A DNA stretch of 64,000 nt from assembly GCA_964016885.1 (NCBI GenBank), contig OZ024743.1, positions 257,486,001-257,550,000 of the forward strand, given 5' to 3'. Numbering within the stretch: the stretch's first letter is position 1; each line of letters starts with the position of its first letter. The notes under the pieces are model-generated. The model worked only from the letters and a program-made list of their open reading frames with translations, did no database searches and had not been told where the DNA came from. The DNA is from Eledone cirrhosa. Its lineage: Eukaryota. Made by a program: the position numbers and the translations under genes. Shown piece by piece: positions 1-12,400 of the stretch.

Positions 1-139
1 AATAATTAAACAATTACACAGCAATTGTTAGATAACACTCAATATGAGTTCAATACACGACATCTTTGATATGTCGTTCAGGAACTTATAGAATGAAAGG
101 GATATTGATGACATAATGGAAATATTTTAACATAATATA

Positions 140-712
140 ACAATTCGAAATGAGATGCTACAGAAAAATCATGGGAAAATTCTATTGTCAAGGCAAACAG
201 GCAACACATGAGCAGCTACAAAGACCCACTAACTAATATTGCAAACAGAATCATGGACATCTACGACATAGAACACACAACAACAAAAGCTTTCTAGCAA
301 TTGGGCCGACAAGAACAACTATGAAGACTTACTAACTACTACTACAAAGAAAATTATGGACACATACTACATGGAACATACAAATATGGTAGCATTCTAG
401 CAATCAGGCAATATGAAGTAACTACAAAAACTGGTTTATTACTGCAAAGAGAAGAAAACTGACATGTTAAAGTCACCTGGAAAAATCTGATGGATTGATC
501 CAAAACGTCATCCGAATGACAATTCAGAGGAAAAGAAGGGGAGAATATAAGAAGCAAAATAGATGGATAACATTCTGGAATGGAGCGATAAGAATTTTGT
601 GAGAACTGGAGTTCACTGGCTTGTAGTAGAGATAGTCGAAAGCAAGTGGTACTCTGTATCTTCCTGCAGTGACACCATTAACTTGGAAAGTAACAGGAAA
701 AGTGAAGTGAAA
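140..712 (+). mobile_element. Degraded 3' end of an RTE-like LINE
   Basis: Frame fragments FEMRCYRKIMG (~144-176) and MDNILEWS (~563-586) resemble RTE C-termini; ends in an aagtgaagtga-like tail; many stops. Confidence 0.4.
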
Positions 713-1536
713 TGAAGAATAACAACACTACAAGGATCCATAAATTGGTGCATCAAAATAGAAATAAAACATTCCTAATATAAGGTACTACCACATGTCT
801 TGCTAGCCATTATTAATCAAACAGTATTCACCTGAGTGACAACAGAAGAAATACTTGCTCAAATGAGGATGTTACTTCTTACCATAATGAAAGATGTAGA
901 TTATGGTTTTCAAATCATTGTGAAGGAATTTAAGAATTTTGAGCGATTTAGCTATCGTGGTTATCATTAAGCTGCTATGTGGAACATAGCATAAGGAAGT
1001 TTATTGCTTATAATTATAATTGTTTCTACTTTTGAATTGATAACAAACAGGTTAATCATAAGAAAGATTGATATTAAATCCATCCAAACTATTCATTATT
1101 TTCAAATTGGTGTGAAAATAACACACAATCTTTCATTCAAAATATGGTAAGGAAAGGGTTATGCATAACATATATATATATATAGTCTGTTGAAAGAAAT
1201 TGATTGAATATTTTGGTTGGATCTTACTGTATATATATTCGCAAATATGCAAACACACACACATACATACATATATATGTGTATGAGTGTATGTGTTTGC
1301 ATATTTGTGAATACATATACAGTTAGATCCATCCAAACTATTCAATCAATTTCTTTCAACAGAATAAAATTAGCTGATGATTAAATGCTGCGCCATTTGA
1401 AATCTTGCAATAATAAATTAGATAACATAGATAAGATATTTCATCTTCATCTTTATTGTTATTTCAGTCTTCCTCATTTTCTCTCATTTTATCTCTCCTC
1501 CTCTCTTCCTTTCTATCTCTGTTTCTCTCCCTCTCT

Positions 1537-1624
<88 letters not shown>

Positions 1625-1748
1625 GGGATAACAAATTATTGTTATAGGTAGTCCACTTAGATGTAGTCCAGTTAGGGTACTCTGAGTAGTGGATCTCTAA
1701 ACGTACCAGTTCAGAGAAACAATTGTCAGCAATGTCACTCTTCTTTCT

Positions 1749-1795
<47 letters not shown>

Positions 1796-1909
1796 TAAAT
1801 ATATGCAGATCTCGAGTTAAATCAAAGGAATCCACAGTGAGTAAAGTACTCATAACATTAGTAGAGTGTAAACATCAAAAATTCAAAAATGTAATATAGA
1901 AATTTCTTG

Positions 1910-1953
1910 TATAGGACTAGAACTCTTTCATTCATATGAAATCATCAGGAATG
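1910..1953 (-). ncRNA. Minimal hammerhead ribozyme motif (degenerate left arm of palindrome)
   Basis: Minus strand reads cattc CTGATGA tttc-atat-gaat GAAA gag..cta TA. Confidence 0.45.
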
Positions 1954-1955
1954 CA

Positions 1956-2004
1956 CATTCCTGATGAATTCATACGACTGAAACAGTTCTAGTCCTGTAG
2001 GAGC
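1956..2004 (+). ncRNA. Minimal type I hammerhead ribozyme motif
   Basis: cattc CTGATGA attc-atac-gact GAAA cag-ttctagtc-ctg TA gga; stem III ACAG/CTGT. Confidence 0.6.
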
Positions 2005-2008
2005 CATT

Positions 2009-2089
<81 letters not shown>

Positions 2090-2123
2090 ATGTATATATA
2101 TATACATATAAAATATATATATA

Positions 2124-2785
2124 CAGGGTGAATGTTCGCAATTTTCAACTGCTAATTTTATGCAAATGTTTTTTTACTTCCGTTGTCACTCTTGTCTTCA
2201 TAAAAACAGTGACTATATTTGCATTATTTATTTTCAGAATAATTGATTATGAATAATTTTGAACCTCCAAATTTGTGGAAGAGACACGGAGTTCTTCTTG
2301 GAATGCACGCCGGGAGGACAAATAAGGAAATTTCAGACTTTCTCAGCGTCAGCAGGAGAATGGTGTCTCATCCAAAGACATGTCCAGAGTCATGCAGACA
2401 AAGTTTCCAGCGACAACATTGGTCTTAGGTGGCGTTAGCAGTCAAGGTGATGTTATACCACCTCACATCTTCCCTGAGGGCCTCAAGCTGAACACCGATG
2501 GCTACATCCGCGTTCTGAGCGAGGTAGTAAAGCTCTGGATCGACCAGGTAGCTGCAGGTAGGTCGTACGTGTGGCAGCAAGACTCATACCAGCCGAAAGA
2601 CCCAAGCCTGGCTGTCAGAGAACTTCATCAACCACACTTCACCTGACATCTGGCCTCCCAGCTCGCCTGACTGCAAACCCCTCTACTTCTTTGTGTGGGG
2701 CGCAGTGGAACGAGACACCAACAGATCTAGCTGCAATACGAAAGACGATCTGAAGGCCAGGTTCACAAGTGCCTTTAAGGGCCTA
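2124..2785 (+). mobile_element. Tc1/mariner-superfamily (probably DD37D/maT-like) transposon remnant, internally deleted
   Basis: TA followed by TIR-like CAGGGTGAATGTTCGCAATTTTCAAC; frameshifted transposase fragments KFPATTLVLGGVS..YVWQQDS and WPPSSPDCKPL..VWG; no right TIR seen. Confidence 0.75.
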
Positions 2786-2902
2786 TATGCATAGTATATT
2801 TGACAATATACCATATGTTTAATTAAAACCATTTTGAAGACCATACGCTATCGGTTTTAAAGTAGTGACTATGTCACTTCTTTTCGGCGAAAGAAGGGAG
2901 AG

Positions 2903-2944
2903 AAGCTGACAGCCTGTTTCACGCTGTTGGCGATCATCAGAGCC
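2903..2944 (-). ncRNA. Minimal PLE-type hammerhead ribozyme
   Basis: Minus strand ggct CTGATGA tcgc-caaca-gcgt GAAA caggctg TC agct; flanked by inverted repeats ttttcggcgaaag/ctttcgccgaaaa; a degenerate homolog of the surrounding repeat lies inverted at ~60995-61222. Confidence 0.7.
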
Positions 2945-3096
2945 ACGCACTCCCCGCTTTCGCCGAAAATGATAGAAGCTGGATTCTTATAGAATTCCAG
3001 TAATAATCAGGAGCTGATTATACAGAGCGATTGCCAGTCAAGCAAAAAAATATATACATATGTATGTATGTGTATATATGTTTACTATATATATAA

Positions 3097-3143
<47 letters not shown>

Positions 3144-3146
3144 AAA

Positions 3147-3254
3147 AAGTATGACCCCGACGGCAGAACTCAAGCCGTTTCGACGGTTATTTCTGGACTA
3201 AATTATAATTTTTAGCCTGGTAAATAAATAGCCGAAATTTGTCAAGGGGTACTT
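3147..3254 (-). ncRNA. Hammerhead ribozyme in pLTR, U3-A8 core variant
   Basis: acccc TTGACAA ..cggctattt...aaataaccgtc GAAA cggc-ttgagttct-gccg TC ggggt. Confidence 0.65.
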
Positions 3255-4127
3255 CTTTATATGGGAAGATTGTAGTTGTCGAGAGGATTGGTCAAAATGT
3301 GTTGTAAACACAAATAAGTCTATCATGGCATTTGGTGGAAGGTAGGGGTAGCTGAACTTGCCTGTAGAACAATGAGGGAGTGAGTGGAGACCGTCAAGCG
3401 TTGAAAGTGAAATCTATACTGCAGATTCTAAGCATAGTGTATGAAAAGTCGAAAACATTTTCTGGAGAAAATGGAGGAGGGAGGTTATAGAATAGGTAAG
3501 TCAAATGAGAGTAGGAGACAATAAAAAATAATAGAAAGAAATATAAAAGAAAAATATATATAAAATTAGATAGTGATAAATGAAGAAAAAAAAAACAGTT
3601 GAGTCTAGAAACAGCTGCTCTAATTAGTAGGTGTTGCTTGTACGGCCAAGGTTATAGAAAAGGTTAATAAGTTGAGAATGGAAAATACTAAATAAGAAAT
3701 TGTAGAAATGGGTAGTGAAAAAATATAATGCAAACTTTTCAGGGATCTAACACAGCTGCTATAAATAGATAGTAAAGCGTATTCCGCCAATGCTATCTTA
3801 CAATTACAGGTTAATAAGTTGAGAATAGAAAATACTAATAAGAAATATTGTAATTGTAAAATTGGAGTAGTAACAAAAATGATACAAAATTACAGGGGTC
3901 TAACACATCTACTATAAATGGTACTGAGGCTACAGAGGCCCAATGGGCTGCATCGGGGTAGGCGAAAGAGGAAAAACAGACGAGGAAGAAGATCGGGGGT
4001 GGAAGGAAGTGATAGGATGAGACAGGGGGAAGAAGAAAACATAGAGGAAAAGAAAAGAGGTACACCTACCTATGTAAGCTGGGGTTTCCCCTAACTTATT
4101 CGGCAAGTGGAGGGTATCAGCCCTTGT

Positions 4128-5540
4128 CTACCCATCCGGGGCGTTATGTGGTTTGAGGGCGAGGTAAGTCCTACTCAATCTGTGTTTGCATGCGGTTACC
4201 AGTTCGTATTTCTTGTTTAGGAGTTCGTCCTTCGAAAACAGCATTTGTAATGTTTCCTCCGAGCATAAGTTACACGGACGGCGTCCTCCCGTGTAAGAGT
4301 TAGCTGTGGACAGTAAGCTCCAAGTGAGATTGTAGGTTATATTATTATCTTTAAGGTCCCAGATTTGGCCCGAAAATGTAGTGGCATGTCGCCGGACCGG
4401 GTTTCGGAAAGTATGTCGGTGTTGGTAGAGCCGGGTCTTAAAGTCACAAGCGGTTAATCCTATATAAGCTTTGTTGGAGGTGTCCGTCCTTACGTTGCAC
4501 TGGTAGATCACGTTTCGTTCTCGGCATCTGTTGTTGAGGGGGCACGTAGATCTATCAGGGCAGTTACACCTCCTGGTCGGCGCTCCACTGATGTCTAGGT
4601 TGTTTCTTCCATAGGGGTTGAGTTTTTTGTTGTGTGAGGAGTTAGGTGTGGTGCTGTAGGAGAGTTTGATGGTATTTTTGTTGATTATGTTGTGGTAGCG
4701 GTGTTGTAGTGGGAAGTGTTTTTCGAGGAGCCTAAATAAAATTTTCCCGATAGGTGTTGCCACCTCGGCATTGTGGGGAGGATTGAACACTGTTACGTTG
4801 CGTGAGCGGCGGCATCGTCTGCTGGTTCCACTAAGGGAAGCTGGATAAAAGGATATTTCCTCCCGGAAGCCACTCCGCTTGAGGACCTGGTTGTAATGAG
4901 GCGCATGTCCGTCGAATATCTGCTCATTAGCGGACAAACGAGATATGCGGAGAGAGATGTTTTTAACCAGGTTATTGGTGATGTTTCTAGGATGGTTAGA
5001 GCGGTGGTGGATGTAGTGCAGGTTGTCGTTTGGTTTCCTGTATGGGTAGTACAGATCATTTTCGAGATTAAGGGTAACGTCCAGGAAATTGACTCGGGTT
5101 AGGGACGTTTGTAGGGTGATTTTAAATCCCCAGTCCCGGAAGAAGTTGATTAGTTGTTTACGGACCCGGTCTGTACTGCTGGGGTTGTACCCTTTGAGGG
5201 TGAGGAGCCCATCATCTCGGTACAATCGATCGCCGAATGCAGGAAACATTTCGGTGAGTTTAAATAGTAGGAATAATCCTATAAGATCTGTGTCCTCGGC
5301 CGAATCCGTCACGCCCATACTGACGTCGAAGGGGGAGTCGGGAGCTTTCTGTATCCACTTGGAGTTGTCGAAAAGTAGGACTGTCTTCCTGGCGTGGAGA
5401 ATGATATTTCTTTCCTGGTTAGTGATGGGTGTCAGTGTTTCGGCAAAGTCCAAGGCGGCCATAAGGAGCGGTAAGGTAATAGATGCATAGAAACTCTCTA
5501 TGTCAAACTGGATGAATTTTGTGTCTCGTTTGTCCTCCAT
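4128..5540 (-). pseudogene. PLE reverse transcriptase + C-terminal GIY-YIG endonuclease (5'-truncated; in-frame TAG just upstream)
   Basis: FDIESFY, MG..DSAE, YRDD, FLDV, YRKPN RT motifs; CNCPDRSTC..VIY..YIGLT..FKTR..H endonuclease; C-terminal CNLC. Confidence 0.9.
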
Positions 5541-5768
5541 ATTCCTGAACCATGAGATTACTTCATGGGTGCTGACCTATAGGCTAAGTCTCGCGTTTTT
5601 CTTAACTTTTCGTATAACGCGGTCTAGGATCTGTTTACTGATTCTCCCTCATTGTTCTACAGGCAAGTTCAGCCACCCCTACCTCCCACCAAATGCCATG
5701 ATAGACTTATTGTATTTACAACAAATGTTGACCAATCCTCTCGAGAACCACAATCTTCCCATATAAGG

Positions 5769-5875
5769 AAGTACCCCTTGACAAGTTCGGCTATTTATTT
5801 ACCAGGCTAAAAATTCTAATTTAGTCCAGAAATAGCCGTCAAAACGGCTTGAACTCTGCCGTCGGGGTCATACTT
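5769..5875 (+). ncRNA. Second pLTR hammerhead copy (U3-A8 core, GAAA mutated to AAAA)
   Basis: acccc TTGACAA gttcggctattt...aaatagccgtc AAAA cggc..gccg TC ggggt. Confidence 0.55.
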
Positions 5876-6278
5876 TTTCCTATTACCCACTCTACTACCC
5901 TAAGTATTGAGTACTCTGGTGCGTTATGGTCCATCTGGTTCTTTACCACAATTCCTTCGTTATATATATGTGTGTGTATGTATATATGTATGCATGTATA
6001 CATACGTATATTATATATATATAATTTTTAATTAATTGCTTCATAGTGAATGTCCTCTGTCTCAACCCAACGATCATCTATTCTATTTGTTTATCTCACT
6101 AATAATCTAATTTCATAAACGTATATATCAACTATATATCATTACACACACACAGGTACACACAAGCATAGAACCATTCATATATACATATACACATGCA
6201 GGAACATTATCTCTCACACATAAACATATGTAAAAATACATGCAGTGTAACATATATATATATATGATATATGCACGC

Positions 6279-6330
<52 letters not shown>

Positions 6331-6381
6331 CGCTCAAAGTATGCATTTATACACATGTGCATACACACAACCATAAACACA

Positions 6382-7041
6382 TCTATATATATAAAGTTGT
6401 ATTCCTGTCTGTTTGTTTATTTGTTTGCTCACGACTACTCCTATGTTTTGGGAGATAGACCCCCATAACCATATATATTCTAAAACTACATTGCCCAGGG
6501 TACTTGGATAAGTATATTTCATCCTACTCAAAAGGGTTCCTCGGGGGCACAAGCTCCCGCTGAAATTTTCTCCCTTCGAATTATATGAAATTTAAACCAT
6601 AGGTAAATGACAAGATATGATGCCTATTCACAAAATTTCAGCAAATTTCAATAATATTAAGACACCCTAATGGGGGTTAAACGCCCTATTAGGGTTCCCC
6701 GGAGGCAGAAACCCCCGCTGAAAATGTTTTCCCTTCGATTTATATGACATTTAAACCATAGGTAAATGACAAGATATGATGCCTATTCACAAAAGTTTTG
6801 AATTGATATTTTGTAAACAATTATTTACAAGAAACAAAAGAATAAGTTTTAATAATGTAATTTTGATTTCATATATTACAAAAAATAATGTTTTTCAATT
6901 TTTCATGCATTACATTTTACATTGAGTAATATTGAAATGCAGAGTTTTTCTCCATAAATTATATCACTGATCTACAATCAATCATGATTTTCTTACAAAA
7001 ACAAAGTGTGGAATGCAGCAAGGTGCGGGTAATTCGGCTAG
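6382..7041 (+). mobile_element. Non-autonomous Helitron
   Basis: 5' TCTATATATATAAA..ctgtctgtttgttt; 3' GC-rich subterminal gcagcaaggtgcggg then CTAG; inserted between A and T; internal ~100-bp direct duplication (6530-6635/6690-6795). Confidence 0.75.
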
Positions 7042-7559
7042 TAAACATATATATCCAATAATTGAAGCCATAATCATGTTAAAGTTATCTTAAATCTTCT
7101 AATATATACTGCATTCTACATAGATATTTATCATTATCCTCATGATTTATCATTTGTATTCCCTGCTAGCTGGATAGGTCTTCACAGACTGAGTTAGTAC
7201 ACAAATGAAGCTACTCTTAGATAATCCAGGGTGTGGTGGGGTTTGCGATCTATTGAATGCATTTTATCATAGTACTAGATATATTCTGATGAGTCATGAT
7301 ACTCTTCGTTTGATAGGTTTGCTACTGCTTGTTGTCCTTCCTATTACCAACGACTTTACTCTCTATACTGGGTGTTTTTATTTTGTAGATCATGAATAGT
7401 ATGGAGTTATGATGACTTTGACACAACTTCATCTATTTACTATATCTATTTATCTATTTATCTATCTATCTACCTATCTATCTATATATACACACATATA
7501 TATATATATATAATAGGAGTAATAATATATAGTAAGATCAAAATCCAGAGAAGACTTTT

Positions 7560-8650
7560 ATTTAGGCAAAACAGCTGGACCTTTGGGTTTAGTTGCCAAG
7601 ATCCTGAAAGCATCTGGGATGGTGGGTCATGCCTTAACCAACTGTATTGTAAACCAAGTAATACAAAATGATGTCATACCTAATGACTGATGTAGCAGCA
7701 TCTTCAACTGCTACAAGGGCAAAGGAGATGTTCTAGACTGAGAAAACTATTGACGCATCAAGTTGATGGACCAGGTCATGATGGTCACTGAAAGAATTAT
7801 AGCACAGACAATAAGGAACTGAGTTAACCTAAATGTGATACAGTTTGGATTTGTGGTAGGTAAAAGTACCACTGTGGCCCCCTTCCTTGTGAAGCAACTG
7901 CAGGAGAAGTATCTAGCGAAAATTAAACTCTTCTATTTGGCATCTATTGACCTGGAGAAAGCTTTTGACAGAGCCCCCTCTACTATTATCTGTTGGATGC
8001 TTTGAAAACTAGGAGTAGATGAATGGCTTGTGAAGGCAGTACAAACCATGTATACAAGAGCAGCCAAGAAGGTTAGATGAACAATGACTATAGTGAAGAA
8101 TGTAGCATGTTGGTAGGAGTCTATCAGGACTCCATTCTTAGTCCTCCCCTGTTTGATTACAACATGAAAGTTTAAGAGTAGATGTTCATGCAAACTTCTG
8201 TATGCAGGTGATCCTAACCCTTGTAGTTGAATCTATGGCAGAATAAGAAAAGAAATTCAAAACCTGGAAGCACAGCCTAGAATCAAATGGTTTTACAGTC
8301 AATTTGAAAAAGACTAAAATCCTAGTATGCTGAAAGGAAAACAAGGCCCAGATTCCCTCAGGGAAATGGCTTTGATTGGTATGCAATAAAGTAGTAGGGA
8401 AAAAAATCCATCCTATGCCCCAAATGCAAACTATGAGTACACAAGAGTTATAGTCGGATCTTAGGCTGACTGGCATATAATGTAGCTTATGTATGTGATT
8501 GATGCACAGGAGCAAAAAGTAGCATGAGCTCACAGCATTCTAGCTTCTTTAAATACCCAGAGATCTCTGTAGATATGGTAGATAGTTTCTATGACCAAAT
8601 TAGCAGTGGAGGTGGGTGTTCTGAAAGTACAGTAGCCAGAGTGAGAAAGG
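7560..8650 (+). mobile_element. Degraded internal RTE LINE fragment
   Basis: Homologous to the RT region of the 36579-39749 ORF (QLQEKYLAK, DLEKAFDR, ISSGGGCSESTVARVR), with many stops. Confidence 0.85.
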
Positions 8651-8667
8651 GATGTGTTTATATGATG

Positions 8668-11600
8668 TATCATCATCATCATCACCGTTTTACGTCCATT
8701 CTTCCATTCTAGTATGGGTTAGATAGGTTGTTCTGTTGTGGGCAGTGTTCGGTCGGCTGACCATGCCTTGCTCATACGGGAACTGATTTTGGTTTGATTT
8801 CTACAGCTGGATGCCCTTCCTAACACCAACCTCATTTAAAGTGAGTGCTGGGTGCTTTTCTTCCGTGGCGCCTACACGTCCACTTTACAGTGTGGGCAGG
8901 GTGCTTTTTTACCATGGCTCCAACATGACCACTTTGCAGTGGGAGGGTGTGGGGGCATATTGTCTATATGCTTCAGCTTCGGCTTGTACCCGTGGGGGGG
9001 GGGGGGCAGGTCTTCTGTATTACTGCGTGACGACAGAGGTCACGGTCGTGTGTCATCGCCTTTGAGAGGTGTAATTGGGTAAGGTCGGCTTTTATCACCT
9101 CATCCCAGGTCTTCTTGGGTCTCGCCACTCCGCGGTTTCCATCAACTTCTAGTGCTCTGCACCTTTTTATGCAGCTGTCATCCTTCATACGCATCACATG
9201 TCCATACCAGCGCAACCGCCTCTCCTGCACACAGCATTTGATTCCTTTTATGCTCAGTCTCTCTCTCAAATCATTTATGCTTTGCCGTTCGCGCATGCCA
9301 TCGGAGCATGCAGGCTTCATTTCTTTCTAATCTACCCAAGTCTTCCACAGACAGCGCCAAGGTCTCACTACAATGTGACATTGCTGTTCGTATACATGCA
9401 TAATACAGTCTGCCTTTCATTTTGAGGGAAAAGCCTTTCGCAGCTAGCAGTGGCAGTAGCTCCCTGAAATTCTTCCATCCCGTTCTCATCCTAGTTATTG
9501 TACTTTCCAAACACCAACCTCCGCTGCTAATTCGGTCACCTAGGTAGCAGAAGCTGTCTAATGTTTCTACAGAGCCATCCCTGAGTTTGGTGGTACTTGT
9601 TTCCTGTGGCTGTTTGCTGCTTGCTGTCCCAGCACAGCTGCTACATGTGAAGCCTACATTCTTAGTTAAGCTTCCTGAGATCCCGCTACATCTATTGTGT
9701 GCCCATTGTTTGCATTTGGGGAAGAGAATGGAGTTCCTACCTACACCTATCCTACATACTGAGCAAGACCATTTCCCTGAGGGGATCTGGGTTCTGTTTT
9801 CTCATCTACTTACAAGTACCTTAGCCTTTTTCAGGTTGACTTTGAAACCCTTTCTTTCTAGTCCCTGCTTCAAAGTTTGGAATTTCTTCTCTAGTACTAC
9901 CATAGATTCAGCAATAAGTGCGAGGTCATCTGCATACAGGAGTTCCCATGGGCATCCGGTCTTAAACTCCTCCATTATTGCCTGCAGAACTATGATGAAC
10001 AGGAGAGGGCTAAGGACAGAGCCCTGGTGGACACCGATCTGTATGCTAAATTCCTCACTATAGTCATTGCTAATCCTAACTTTGTTGACTGCTCCCCTAT
10101 ACATGGCTTGTACAGCTTTCACAGGTCATTCATCTACTCCTAGTTTTCTAAGAGCCCACCAGATTATAGCATGGGGAACTCTGTCAAAGGCTTCTCGAGA
10201 TCAACGAATGCCTGGTAGAGCGGCTTACTTTTAGCTAGGTACTTTTCCTGTAACTGCCTGACAAGGAAGAGGGCATCACTGGTGCCTCTTCCTGGCACAA
10301 ACCCAAATTGCATCTCATCTAGTTTCACCCGGTCCCTAATCAACTGTGCTATAACTCTTTCTGTTACTTTCATAACCTGGTCCATCAGCTTCATACTTCT
10401 ATAGTTTCCTCTATCTAGTGCATCACCTTTACCCTTGTAGCAGTTGACAATGAGGCTACTGCACCAATCCTTTGGAATGACACCTTCTAGTATTACCTGG
10501 TTAACAATACGTGTGGTTATGATGTGACCTACCGACCCAGATGCCTTCAGCATCTTGGCAGTTATACCCGATGGACCGGTTGCCTTCCCCGTCTTCATAT
10601 CTTTGATTGCCTTACTTACTACACTGCTGCTGACTTGTACTGCTGGCCCCTCTACAGGGTCTACTTGGAGTAGGGTCTCTTCTTCCCATGCATTCTCCTC
10701 AATTAGTAATCTTTCATAATGGCTCTTCCACACATCTTTCTTCTCAGCACTTGTGAGGGCAAGCTCACTTTTATCATTCCGGATACACTTCTCTCCAATG
10801 ACATCACAATTCTCTCTGACACACTGCCTCGCAATCTTGAACACCTGTTTCTGTTCCTCACGTTGCAAAACATGCTTGAATTTTCTATTCTCTGCTTCCC
10901 TCCTAGCTAAGTATACTTGTCGCCTAGCTTTTCCTCCTGGTCTCTATGTAATGTACCCTGCTTCCCTCGTTCTTCCATTCTTTCCATGCCTGTCTCTTGG
11001 CCTTAACTGCCTCATCTACCTTATTGTTCCACCACCAAGTCAGTCTCCTCCTGTTTGTGGTCTTACTCCAGCCACAGACCTCATCTGTCGCCTCTAGTAA
11101 GTTATTTTTTAGGAACTCCCAGTGCTCTTCTACATTGAATGTCTCTATCTGTTCTTCTTTACTGTCATAGGCATCGAGTAAAATATCTTTAAATCTGTTA
11201 GTGGCTGAGGGGTCTTTCAGCTCCCAGATCTTTCTTCTCCAGGTTGGCCTCTGTTTCCAGGTTCGTCTAGTTCTGACCATGAGGTCGCTGACAACTTAGT
11301 TATGTTGGGAGGTACATTCCTCACTAGCCAAGGCTTTTGTATTTACAACCGTCCATCTGTCATGTCCTCTGATGAGGATAAAATCTATCTGACTAGAATG
11401 CTCCCCTGATCTAAAGGTGATCAGATGGTTGTAGGGTTTTTTTGAAGTTTGTGTTACATATCGACATTTCATTGGCGTCGCAGAATTCTAGAAGCCTGAA
11501 GCCTTCTACATTTCTTGTGCCAACCCCATAGTGTCCATGGACTCTATAAAAGCCGTCACGGTATTTACATACGTGTCCGTTAAAATCTCCTGCAATGATT

Positions 11601-12400
11601 AGGAAGTCATTGTCGTTTGTTAGAGCAGTAGTGTGCATTAGGGACTCGTAAAACCTATCTTTAAGTTCGTCTGGCAACCCCGATTGGGGTGCGTAAGCTG
11701 ATATTATTGTGGTAATTGTTTTATTCAGGACTAGTCTGAGTTTAATGATTCTTGCATTCACCCTGTTCACTGAGATTATCTTATCTACACATTTGTCAGC
11801 TAGTAGGATACCTACACCACCCATCCCATCGTCATTTCCCACCCAGAAAAATTTGTAGCACTGACTTTTGCCTACAAGGACTCTAGCAGACTCTCCTCTC
11901 CATCTAGTCTCTTTCACACAATATACATCAATTTCCTTCCGCTCTAACATCTCTACGATTTCTCCTGCTCTTCCTTTCATTGTGCTTACATTGATGGTTC
12001 CAACTCGGAGTTTTGGGCATTTGTCAACATTCATGGGAAAGGGTAAATTTTTGCAGGGGTGTGTGTATGCTTCTTGTCTCTGAATTGAAACTTCGCATGG
12101 GTGCTTTGTAGCTCGTGGATTCATATTCATTTTCATTTATTAATTCGGGGTTGCTCCATTTATTCTCAGCTCATCCATACATAATGGTAGGAGAATTCAG
12201 GGCTAGAAGAACAGTGGTGGTGGTAATGATGGCAGGGTTTGTTGGGGCTGGGACGGGTGAGGAGAGAGGTAGTAGTAGTAGTAGCAATGGCAGAGTTTGT
12301 TGGTGTTGGTAATGGGTGAGTGGGGGGGGGGGGTATGCTGAGGTTTGATTGGTCGAATAGGCTATGGTGGTGTGAGTGGGTGGTCGGGAAATTGTGAGAT
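8668..12400 (-). mobile_element. Near full-length RTE LINE, frameshifted
   Basis: APE fragments (RVGTINV, ETRW, SAYAPQ, AGDFNGH), RT (VHQGSVLSP, YADD), C-terminal ERRLRWYGHV; (GAT)n tail at 8668-8685. Confidence 0.92.

Larger units (their letters stand above)
3141..5950 (-). mobile_element. Penelope-like retroelement, 5'-truncated, with inverted pseudo-LTRs
   Basis: ~240-bp inverted repeat 3141-3380 vs 5644-5882 flanks the RT-GIY-YIG ORF; bounded by (TA)n. Confidence 0.9.
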
